Both the position numbers and the translations under genes were made by a program. Below the pieces are notes generated by a model. The model was not told where the DNA came from. It did no database searches and worked only from the letters and a program-made list of their open reading frames with translations. Positions 35,703 to 41,662 of a stretch of DNA of 64,000 bases are shown here, piece after piece (the first letter of the stretch is position 1; each line of letters starts with the position of its first letter). Source of the DNA: a virus (lineage: Duplodnaviria; Heunggongvirae; Uroviricota; Caudoviricetes); IMG/VR virus record IMGVR_UViG_3300045988_003495; one strand, 5' to 3'.

Positions 35703-35731
35703 TTGACAATGTGTTTGATACCCTTTAATAT
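35703..35731 (+). promoter_or_regulatory. sigma70-like promoter with flanking dyad
   Basis: TTGACA, 17-nt spacer, TAATAT; GGGTAT...ATACCC inverted repeat flanks the -35 and spacer. Confidence 0.5.
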
Positions 35732-35793
35732 GTTCTACATAGAAACGAAACGAGAGCTTTTCTAAGATACTGAAAAATATTTTAAAAAAGTTC

Positions 35794-35823
35794 TTGACAA
35801 CCACTAAAAAATAATGTTAAAGT
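35794..35823 (+). promoter_or_regulatory. sigma70-like promoter driving the tRNA cluster
   Basis: TTGACA (35794-35799), 18-nt spacer, TAAAGT; ACCACT...AGTGGT dyad overlaps; first tRNA starts about 25 nt downstream. Confidence 0.5.
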
Positions 35824-35848
35824 GGTTACATAGAGTTTGAAAAGTTTA

Positions 35849-35924
35849 TCTCTGTTTAGCTCAGCTTGGTAGAGCGTTCCGTTTGGGGCGGTAAGGCCGG
35901 AGGTTCAATTCCTCCAACAGAGAC
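35849..35924 (+). tRNA. tRNA-Pro (anticodon TGG)
   Basis: Manual fold: acceptor tctctgt/acagaga, T-arm ggagg-ttcaatt-cctcc, anticodon loop tttgggg. Confidence 0.65.
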
Positions 35925-35933
35925 CAAATTAAT

Positions 35934-36008
35934 GTTCCAGTAGACAAAATGGTATAGTCACCACTCTTTCAAAGTGGATATTTGAGGGTTCAAATCCCTT
36001 CTGGAACG
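35934..36008 (+). tRNA. tRNA-Glu (anticodon TTC)
   Basis: Acceptor gttccag/ctggaac, T-loop ttcaaat, anticodon stem-loop ccact-ctttcaa-agtgg; CCA encoded. Confidence 0.65.
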
Positions 36009-36103
36009 CCAGTTTTGACAGAAGACCAATTACAGCAAACTTAATCTTATTCATCTGAAGGTAAATCGGACAAAGAAGAGATTTGGTCTGGTCATTAAGA
36101 ATT

Positions 36104-36176
36104 GCGGGTATAGAGAAAGGGCGTCTCACATGTCTCATTAGCATGGTATCGGCAGGTTCGACTCCTGCACCCGCCT
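36104..36176 (+). tRNA. tRNA with CAT anticodon (Met or Ile2)
   Basis: T-arm gcagg-ttcgact-cctgc; anticodon loop ctcatta; acceptor pairing imperfect at the 5' end. Confidence 0.45.
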
Positions 36177-36256
36177 CCAAATTTACAGAAGACCGTATGC
36201 AGCAACAAACTACTTTTTGCGGATAAAAGAAAAAACACGGTCTGGCAATGTATTAA

Positions 36257-36330
36257 GGTTAGGAAGCACATAAGGTATGTGCGGTCGCCTGTTAAGCGAA
36301 TGGCACAGGGTTCGAATCCCTGACTAACCG
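36257..36330 (+). tRNA. tRNA-Asn (anticodon GTT)
   Basis: Anticodon loop ctgttaa; T-arm caggg-ttcgaat-ccctg; CCA encoded. Confidence 0.65.
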
Positions 36331-36342
36331 CCAAATTTAAAT

Positions 36343-36427
36343 GTGTCGTTATCCCGTAGATGGTAGCGGTGGGGACTGTAAATCCCTTGTCATTGAGACT
36401 CGGTAGGTTCGACTCCTACACGGCACA
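36343..36427 (+). tRNA. tRNA-Tyr (anticodon GTA), long variable arm
   Basis: 85 nt; anticodon stem-loop gggga-ctgtaaa-tccct; T-arm gtagg-ttcgact-cctac. Confidence 0.65.
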
Positions 36428-36452
36428 CCAACACTTAGCGAGATACTTAGTT

Positions 36453-36854
36453 ATGAGAGATGAAGTATACAAATCACAACTTGGTATGAGTTTGGGAACT
36501 GCACAAAACAGACTAGTAAAAGATTTGCTATTCGATTTTATATGTAAGACAAATCAAAATAGATGTTTTCAGTGCGGAAAAGAAATGACTAGGGATGATT
36601 TCTCTATCGAGCATAAGACTCCGTGGAGACACAAAGATAATGCAAAAGAACTTTTCTTTTCACTAGATAACATTTCTTATAGCCACCTGCGTTGCAACAT
36701 GAAAGCAGCCAGACCAGCACAGATTTATGATAGAAAGCCTAAGCCAATTAAACACGGCACTGCACACAGCTACTCTAAAGGTTGCAGATGTGATGAGTGT
36801 AGGCTGGCTAAGAATGCTGAGGGTAGGAAGCACTATAACCCCAGAAAGGCGTAG
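36453..36854 (+). CDS. HNH homing endonuclease inside the tRNA cluster
   Basis: CFQCGKEM...FSIEHKTPW...SHLRCNMKAA...CRCDEC; ORF track start 36360 overlaps tRNA-Tyr, in-frame ATG at 36453 is the likelier start. Confidence 0.6.
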   Translation: MRDEVYKSQLGMSLGTAQNRLVKDLLFDFICKTNQNRCFQCGKEMTRDDFSIEHKTPWRHKDNAKELFFSLDNISYSHLRCNMKAARPAQIYDRKPKPIKHGTAHSYSKGCRCDECRLAKNAEGRKHYNPRKA

Positions 36855-36886
36855 GAAGAAGTATTTAAGAAATGGCACATAGTTTT

Positions 36887-36959
36887 GGGGTATTAGTTTA
36901 GACGGTGAAAATACGGGATTATCTCTCCTGAGCCGCGAGTTCGATTCTCACATACCTCG
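36887..36959 (+). tRNA. tRNA with atypical anticodon loop (ttatctc, apparent anticodon ATC; Asp-like?)
   Basis: Good acceptor (ggggtat/atacctc), D-arm and T-arm (gcgag-ttcgatt-ctcac), but A34 and T37 are unusual; Asp is otherwise absent from the cluster. Confidence 0.4.
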
Positions 36960-37110
36960 CCAATTTTGAGAGGGCTATTTAGCCCCTCCCTTAAAGAGTT
37001 CTTACGAGTATCCTTTAAAGGAGCAGAAGACCAAATACAGCAAGTTACTTAAAATTTCAAGCCAATTCAATTTTGAAAAATTTAAAACTTGGTCTGGCTC
37101 AACAAATTTA

Positions 37111-37242
37111 CAGAAGACCGTTTACAGCAAAACTTAAACAATCTATTTCTCGGTAAAGAAAAGGCGAAGGTTCGATTCCTTCACTCGGCAGATGTCGAGT
37201 TGGTGTAATGGTAGCACTTAAGATGATAAACAACGGTCTGGT
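37111..37242 (+). ncRNA. circularly permuted tRNA-like module enclosed by an AGACCGTT/AACGGTCT helix (candidate Y-RNA-like RNA)
   Basis: Order along the strand: T-arm gaagg-ttcgatt-ccttc (37166-37182), acceptor-like hairpin actcggc-agat-gtcgagt (37183-37200), tg, D-arm-like gtgtaatggtagcac (37203-37217); 8-bp closing helix 37115-37122 with 37232-37239. Confidence 0.35.
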
Positions 37243-37392
37243 AATTATCTTTGCAGTAGCTTATGTGGCTAATTATGTCGTCCCATGAGTGCCGATGAAT
37301 TTCCTTAGCATGATTCTAGATTAGCTTAGTAGGAAATGACTCTACAGACCCTTTAGCAAGGTCTGCGTAGGTTACTGCAAAGGCAATTTAAT

Positions 37393-37465
37393 GGAAGTGT
37401 AGCAGAATGGTGATGCGGCAGACTTTTAATCTGACAGGCGATGGGTTCGAATCCCTCCACTTCTA
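37393..37465 (+). tRNA. tRNA-Lys (anticodon TTT)
   Basis: Acceptor ggaagtg/cacttct, anticodon loop cttttaa, T-loop ttcgaat (short T-stem), CCA encoded. Confidence 0.6.
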
Positions 37466-37472
37466 CCAAAAT

Positions 37473-37546
37473 GGTTCAGTCGCAGATAAGGTAATGCAGG
37501 GGTCTCATAAGCCCTATGAATGTGGGTTCGATTCCCATCTGAACCT
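37473..37546 (+). tRNA. tRNA with CAT anticodon (Met or Ile2)
   Basis: Acceptor ggttcag/ctgaacc, anticodon loop ctcataa, T-arm gtggg-ttcgatt-cccat, CCA encoded. Confidence 0.6.
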
Positions 37547-37551
37547 CCAAT

Positions 37552-37623
37552 TGTGGGTTAGCATAAATGGTAATGCAAACGGCTGATAACCGTTAGAAGA
37601 GGGTTCGATACCCTCACCTACAA
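37552..37623 (+). tRNA. tRNA-Ile (anticodon GAT)
   Basis: D-arm gcat-aaatggta-atgc, anticodon stem-loop aacgg-ctgataa-ccgtt, T-arm gaggg-ttcgata-ccctc, CCA encoded. Confidence 0.7.
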
Positions 37624-37641
37624 CCAATTTCAATAAAGTTG

Positions 37642-37670
37642 TTGACATTGATACGTGACTACTTTATAGT
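37642..37670 (+). promoter_or_regulatory. sigma70-like internal promoter in the tRNA cluster
   Basis: TTGACA, 17-nt spacer, TATAGT. Confidence 0.5.
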
Positions 37671-37874
37671 AACCTTAGTTTTCGTTGCGTAGCGTCTATT
37701 TTGCAAATTTAAAATAAATGCAAACGACAATGTTTTTCTGGCAGTAGCTTGATAGGCTAAACACCAGTGAGGTCTTCCAATCCCTCATCAAAGAATTTGG
37801 CGTACTAGCCCACGGTATGATTAATAAGGTGGGCATCTTTAAGGGCTTTCTAAGAGAGTCTTTAAAGATAATTA

Positions 37875-37953
37875 CGGGGCGTATCTCAGCTGTCTTCTAA
37901 ACAGCCGTTAACCGAGTAAGTGGAGTATGCGGGTTCGAGTCCTGCCGCCTCGA
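37875..37953 (+). tRNA. tRNA-like gene, internal arms atypical (possible anticodon TCT, Arg)
   Basis: Clear acceptor (cggggcg/cgcctcg) and T-arm (gcggg-ttcgagt-cctgc) with CCA; gctgt-cttctaa-acagc hairpin would give TCT but leaves no room for a normal D-arm. Confidence 0.35.
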
Positions 37954-38099
37954 CCAATTTAGTTAGCAGATTACTTAGACGACCTAAGCGGGTCTTCCTG
38001 TAGGGAGGTGGTCTGTATCTCATGTTTTCCAGAACATGTAAATAATCTGAGAAGGGGCTTTACAGTGTTGCGAAAATACGGTAAGCTTCGAATTATAGT

Positions 38100-38179
38100 G
38101 TGGGACGATGTTAAGACTCTAAGGCATGAGCAACGGCCTCCAAAACCGTTTCAAAGGGGTTCAACTCCTCCGTCCCATG
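38100..38179 (+). tRNA. tRNA-like gene, possible Trp (anticodon CCA), 80 nt
   Basis: Acceptor gtgggac/gtcccat, T-loop ttcaact, anticodon loop candidate ctccaaa; D-arm region longer than standard. Confidence 0.4.
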
Positions 38180-38195
38180 CCAAAGTCTTATTAGG

Positions 38196-38283
38196 GGTAG
38201 GTAGCGGCTAATGGCAGCCAAACAGTCTTGAAAACTGTTGCCACTGTAGAGATACGGTGAGGGTTCGACTCCTTTACTTACCG
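38196..38283 (+). tRNA. tRNA-Ser (anticodon TGA), long variable arm
   Basis: 88 nt; anticodon stem-loop acagt-cttgaaa-actgt; variable arm about 20 nt; T-loop ttcgact. Confidence 0.65.
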
Positions 38284-38541
38284 CCTAATAAGATTTAAAG
38301 CCAAGCTTCATTCGGATGTTGCTTTGGTATCCCTCGTGTATTGTCGTACACGCACAGTAAAGCACCTAGTAGGTGTCACGGAGAAGAGATAATATCAAGC
38401 TCTCCAAAGGTTCTAGTCACCGGATTAAACAAGACTATGCAAAGACCAAATTAGGTCTTTTTAGAGGGCTTCTAAGGTTATTACAGCTTGTTGTGGAACC
38501 TTGTTGCTTAGGTTCTTAGAAGTTCTCTAAAAAGATTTAAT

Positions 38542-38616
38542 GGGAGATTGACGGTAATTGGTAAACCTACCATCCTTAGAAGTTGGTGTTTGAGGGTTCG
38601 AATCCCTTGTCTCCTA
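38542..38616 (+). tRNA. tRNA with anticodon TAG (Leu-type anticodon on a short-variable-arm scaffold)
   Basis: Acceptor gggagat/gtctcct, anticodon loop cttagaa, T-arm gaggg-ttcgaat-ccctt, A73, CCA encoded; 75 nt. Confidence 0.45.
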
Positions 38617-38626
38617 CCAAATTAAT

Positions 38627-38699
38627 GCAGGTGTAGCAAAATGGTTATGCGGCTGACTCTTAATCAGTAAGACGATGGGTTCAATTCCCTCCACCTGTA
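38627..38699 (+). tRNA. tRNA-Lys (anticodon CTT)
   Basis: Anticodon stem-loop gctga-ctcttaa-tcagt; T-loop ttcaatt; CCA encoded. Confidence 0.65.
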
Positions 38700-38708
38700 C
38701 CAAACATT

Positions 38709-38781
38709 GGGGATGTAGTTTACATGGTTAAAACATAAGTTTTGCAAACTTAAGTACAGGGTTCAATTCCCTGCTTCTCCA
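38709..38781 (+). tRNA. tRNA-Ala (anticodon TGC)
   Basis: Anticodon stem-loop taagt-tttgcaa-actta; T-arm caggg-ttcaatt-ccctg; CCA encoded. Confidence 0.65.
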
Positions 38782-38790
38782 CCAATTAGT

Positions 38791-38862
38791 GCATCCATAG
38801 TTTAAACGGGAAAATTACAGTCTTCCAAACTGAGGTTGAGGGTTCGATTCCCTCTGGATGCT
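38791..38862 (+). tRNA. tRNA-Gly (anticodon TCC)
   Basis: Acceptor gcatcca/tggatgc; anticodon loop cttccaa; T-arm gaggg-ttcgatt-ccctc; CCA encoded. Confidence 0.65.
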
Positions 38863-38872
38863 CCAAATTAAT

Positions 38873-38945
38873 GCTCCTATCGTATAATTGGCTATTACGG
38901 TTGCCTTGTAAGCAACTTATCAGGGTTCGAATCCTTGTGGGAGCA
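38873..38945 (+). tRNA. tRNA-Thr (anticodon TGT)
   Basis: Anticodon stem-loop gttgc-cttgtaa-gcaac; T-arm caggg-ttcgaat-ccttg; CCA encoded. Confidence 0.7.
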
Positions 38946-39034
38946 CCAATTCAGAGGCCAAGTGAAAGACCGCTGGTGTCAACTGAAGACCGTAACAAAT
39001 TCCACGGAGTTGAGTTAGCGGCACAACTTCAGAC

Positions 39035-39106
39035 CTCTTTCATACTCGCTTAGTTTATATGGTAAAACACCACCCTTACAAGATGAAGAAAAAGGTTCAA
39101 GTCCTT
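39035..39106 (+). tRNA. tRNA, probable Val (anticodon TAC)
   Basis: Acceptor actcgct/agtgagt, T-arm aaagg-ttcaagt-ccttt, anticodon loop cttacaa with two mismatches in the anticodon stem. Confidence 0.45.
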
Positions 39107-39110
39107 TAGT

Positions 39111-39185
39111 GAGTACCATGTTCCAGTATCCCAATTGGCAGAGGATGCAAGCTCAAACCTTGTACTAGTGACGGTTCGAATCCGT
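39111..39185 (+). tRNA. tRNA with anticodon CAA (Leu-type anticodon, short variable arm)
   Basis: Acceptor gttccag/ttggaac, anticodon stem-loop gcaag-ctcaaac-cttgt, T-arm gacgg-ttcgaat-ccgtc, A73, CCA encoded. Confidence 0.5.
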
Positions 39186-39193
39186 CTTGGAAC

Positions 39194-39266
39194 ACCAATT
39201 TTGCAGGATTAGTTCAAATGGATAGAGCAACAGTCTACGAAGCTGTTAATAGGGGTTCGAATCCCT
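39194..39266 (+). tRNA. tRNA-Arg (anticodon ACG)
   Basis: Anticodon stem-loop acagt-ctacgaa-gctgt; T-arm agggg-ttcgaat-ccctt; CCA encoded. Confidence 0.7.
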
Positions 39267-39297
39267 TATCCTGCGCCAATTTAAAGAGGCTATTTAG

Positions 39298-39855
39298 ATG
39301 AGATATTTGAAGTATGCTTCATGGATTTTCCTAGCTTTACTAGAACCATTTGCAGCAACCCTAGCAGTCATCTTAGCACCTTTCGTAGTTCCATTCTACA
39401 GTGAGAAGAAAGGGCATCTACCTTTTGGATTCAGATGGATGGAGACCTATGACAACCCGATTGATGGTGATGAAGGCCACGTTAAAAGATGGGCTAAGAT
39501 TAGAAAGATTGGTAAGCTGGGTGTCTACATGCAGAGAGTCGGATGGCTCTGGAGAAACAAAGCTTATAACTTCTCTTACCATGTATTAGGAAGAGATGTA
39601 AAAGATGTTACTAAGTGGAAAGGTAATATCAACGTAAGTTCTGACCCTGAAGATAATCAGACTGGTTATCTCCTAATGTGGAATAGCAATGCTTGGGGAT
39701 TATTTGCTTTTATCCCATCAATTAAAGTCTTTGGTAAACAGTTTTACTGGAGAATTTATATTGGATGGAAACTAAAAAGCGTTGTCCCAGAAGAAAGAGC
39801 ATTCTCAAGGGAAAGAGTTATGTTGGCATTCTTTATTCATCCACTGAGAAAGTAA
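39298..39855 (+). CDS. hypothetical membrane protein encoded inside the tRNA cluster
   Basis: 185 aa; N-terminal hydrophobic region (WIFLALLEPFAATLAVILAPFVVPF); Trp-rich. Confidence 0.35.
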   Translation: MRYLKYASWIFLALLEPFAATLAVILAPFVVPFYSEKKGHLPFGFRWMETYDNPIDGDEGHVKRWAKIRKIGKLGVYMQRVGWLWRNKAYNFSYHVLGRDVKDVTKWKGNINVSSDPEDNQTGYLLMWNSNAWGLFAFIPSIKVFGKQFYWRIYIGWKLKSVVPEERAFSRERVMLAFFIHPLRK

Positions 39856-39863
39856 AGATTTAA

Positions 39864-39936
39864 AGGGGATTAGTTTACAAGGTTAAAACCTCGGTCTTTG
39901 AAATCGAAGAAGTTGGTTCAATTCCAACATCCCCCA
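39864..39936 (+). tRNA. tRNA-Gln (anticodon TTG)
   Basis: Anticodon stem-loop tcggt-ctttgaa-atcga; T-arm gttgg-ttcaatt-ccaac; A1-C72 mismatch; CCA encoded. Confidence 0.6.
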
Positions 39937-39941
39937 CCAAT

Positions 39942-40017
39942 GCTCCATTACTCCAATTGGCAGAGAGGCCAGACTTAAAATCTGTGTTATGTATCGGTTC
40001 GAATCCGATATGGAGTA
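39942..40017 (+). tRNA. tRNA with anticodon TAA (Leu-type anticodon, short variable arm)
   Basis: Acceptor gctccat/atggagt, anticodon stem-loop ccaga-cttaaaa-tctgt, T-arm atcgg-ttcgaat-ccgat, A73, CCA encoded. Confidence 0.5.
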
Positions 40018-40027
40018 CCAAATTTAG

Positions 40028-40100
40028 CGGTATAGCATAACTGGCAATGCAACAGTCTCTGAAGCTGTCCTATTAAGGTTCAAATCCTTATGCCGCTGCC
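40028..40100 (+). tRNA. tRNA-Gln (anticodon CTG)
   Basis: D-arm gcat-aactggca-atgc; anticodon stem-loop acagt-ctctgaa-gctgt; T-arm taagg-ttcaaat-cctta; CCA encoded. Confidence 0.6.
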
Positions 40101-40133
40101 ACTTCTAAGGGTTCTTACGAGAGTCCTTAAATG

Positions 40134-40206
40134 TGGCCTTATCATAAACGGTAATGACCTATGCTGTGAACATGGTCTATGCGGGTTCAAATCCCGTAGG
40201 TCACCC
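40134..40206 (+). tRNA. tRNA-His (anticodon GTG)
   Basis: Anticodon stem-loop ctatg-ctgtgaa-catgg; T-arm gcggg-ttcaaat-cccgt; discriminator C73; CCA encoded. Confidence 0.65.
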
Positions 40207-40215
40207 CAATTTATA

Positions 40216-40289
40216 GTCCAAGTAGCTTATATGGTTAAAGCGCGTGTCTGAAAAACATGAGAAGAGGGTTCAAATCCCACTGGACTACC
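40216..40289 (+). tRNA. tRNA-Phe (anticodon GAA)
   Basis: Acceptor tagtcca/tggacta; anticodon stem-loop cgtgt-ctgaaaa-acatg; T-loop ttcaaat. Confidence 0.55.
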
Positions 40290-40307
40290 AATTTCAAAGG
40301 TGCTTAA

Positions 40308-41041
40308 TGAAAGAGATGACAGAACAAGGTAAGGAGATTTTTAATCTCTTAAAAACCGGTAAAGGGTTTTCTAACCCACTTATTACTGGTGCAGCAGTTC
40401 TCGGTGGAACCGTAGCTGCCTCTACATCACTTGTAAACTCTATTAGTTCTGTAACAGACCCTACAATGAAGGATAAACTTGTTGCTGCTGGACTTACAAC
40501 AGTCCTTCTAAACAGCTTTACAACAAGCCTGACAAGCACTACAGCAACTACTAAGACCCTAACAGACTATGGTCAAAAATCTATTGATGAGTTTTCATCA
40601 CGTATGCAGGTAGCAAAGGGATACTCCAATGTTATGGGTGCAGCAGGAGAACAAGTTGGTTGTACACCATTCAGTGGTATTATGGGTGTTGCTACAGAGT
40701 ATGGTCAGCAAGCTATTGACACTATTAATAATGCACTAGATGGCGTTAACGATGTATTAAGTGACTTACAAGATGCTATTGATAAGGGTCTTGATACTGT
40801 TTCTGATTTAGCTAACCAAGCTGTTAGTAAGATTAATGAAGGTATCTCAAAGATTACAGCTTATGCAGATGAAGTTGTGCAGATGATTGAAGAAGAAGCT
40901 GCCCTTATTGCAGAGTACCTTAAAACGAATATCAATGGGTTCTTAGCAGGTATCTTACCAGACTGGTTTGATGATGCTTGTAAAACTGGTGTAATTGACA
41001 CTATTGCAACACCAGAAATGAAGAACGCATTACAGAAATAA
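40308..41041 (+). CDS. hypothetical Ser/Thr-rich protein
   Basis: ORF track start 40244 overlaps tRNA-Phe; ATG at 40308 (MKEMTEQGKE) is the likelier start. Confidence 0.4.
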
Positions 41042-41042
41042 T

Positions 41043-41132
41043 GGAAGATTAACCCTAAAAGGTAAGGGAGCAGTTTGCTAAACTGCCAGTAGCTGAGAAA
41101 TCGGTGTACCAGTTCAAGTCTGGTATCTTCCT
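41043..41132 (+). tRNA. tRNA-Ser (anticodon GCT), long variable arm
   Basis: 90 nt; anticodon stem-loop gcagt-ttgctaa-actgc; T-arm accag-ttcaagt-ctggt; CCA encoded. Confidence 0.7.
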
Positions 41133-41140
41133 CCAATTTT

Positions 41141-41213
41141 GAATCCGTGACAGAAATGGATATGTGCCTGTCTGCAAAACAGGTTTATAAGGGTTCAAGT
41201 CCCTTCGGATTCT
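41141..41213 (+). tRNA. tRNA-Cys (anticodon GCA)
   Basis: Anticodon stem-loop cctgt-ctgcaaa-acagg; T-arm aaggg-ttcaagt-ccctt; CCA encoded. Confidence 0.7.
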
Positions 41214-41255
41214 CCAAGTTATTTTACTCTCTCTCTCAATTAAAATAATAATAAT

Positions 41256-41316
41256 GCCCTGCTATAAGTATTCTTCCTTTCGCTACCGAAGAGTATTTTT
41301 AGACAGGGCTTTTTTA
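41256..41316 (+). terminator. intrinsic terminator closing the tRNA cluster
   Basis: Long hairpin gccctg...cagggc followed by tttttt. Confidence 0.55.
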
Positions 41317-41440
41317 CAGAGTTATACTTTATAGGAAGACTTATACAGTATGTCTCTGACGTACATTGTGGTTTCTCCTTGACGGTCTCTGTGCCGTCTT
41401 TTTTAAGGGGAAACAAGATTAATTATTTGGAGAAAACATA

Positions 41441-41641
41441 ATGAGCGAGAACGTTTATAAAGAACTTTATGAAGCTAACAAGAAGTTAGAGTTTATGCAG
41501 AATACTATCATGGCAATTGCAGATAGATTGTCTGTAGCAACAGGTATTGATATTAAAGAAGCATCTATGGATGCACTTCTTGATGCTGTTGATGCAAAGT
41601 TCGAAGTTAAGAAAGAAGAGACTGCTACAGACTCTGAATAA
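41441..41641 (+). CDS. hypothetical small protein upstream of terminase
   Basis: 66 aa; RBS tggagaaaacataATG. Confidence 0.4.
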   Translation: MSENVYKELYEANKKLEFMQNTIMAIADRLSVATGIDIKEASMDALLDAVDAKFEVKKEETATDSE

Positions 41642-41662
41642 TTCTATTTGCGGAGGCGCTTA

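Noticed and set aside
35929-36334. Minus-strand ORFs (35929-36180, 36095-36334) and plus-strand ORFs 38008-38211, 38871-39053, 39401-39589 in the tRNA region
   Set aside because: They overlap tRNA genes or lie inside a larger ORF; their translations are dominated by tRNA-derived sequence.
36360-36452. Upstream extension of the HNH ORF to 36360
   Set aside because: The extension overlaps tRNA-Tyr; the in-frame ATG at 36453 after the tRNA is the plausible start.
37150-37230. Interpretation as two independently decayed tRNA pseudogenes (a 3' half followed by a 5' half)
   Set aside because: Not excluded, but the halves pair with each other as a 7-bp acceptor-like hairpin and the unit is enclosed by a helix, so a single permuted tRNA-like RNA is the more economical reading; kept as a finding with modest confidence.
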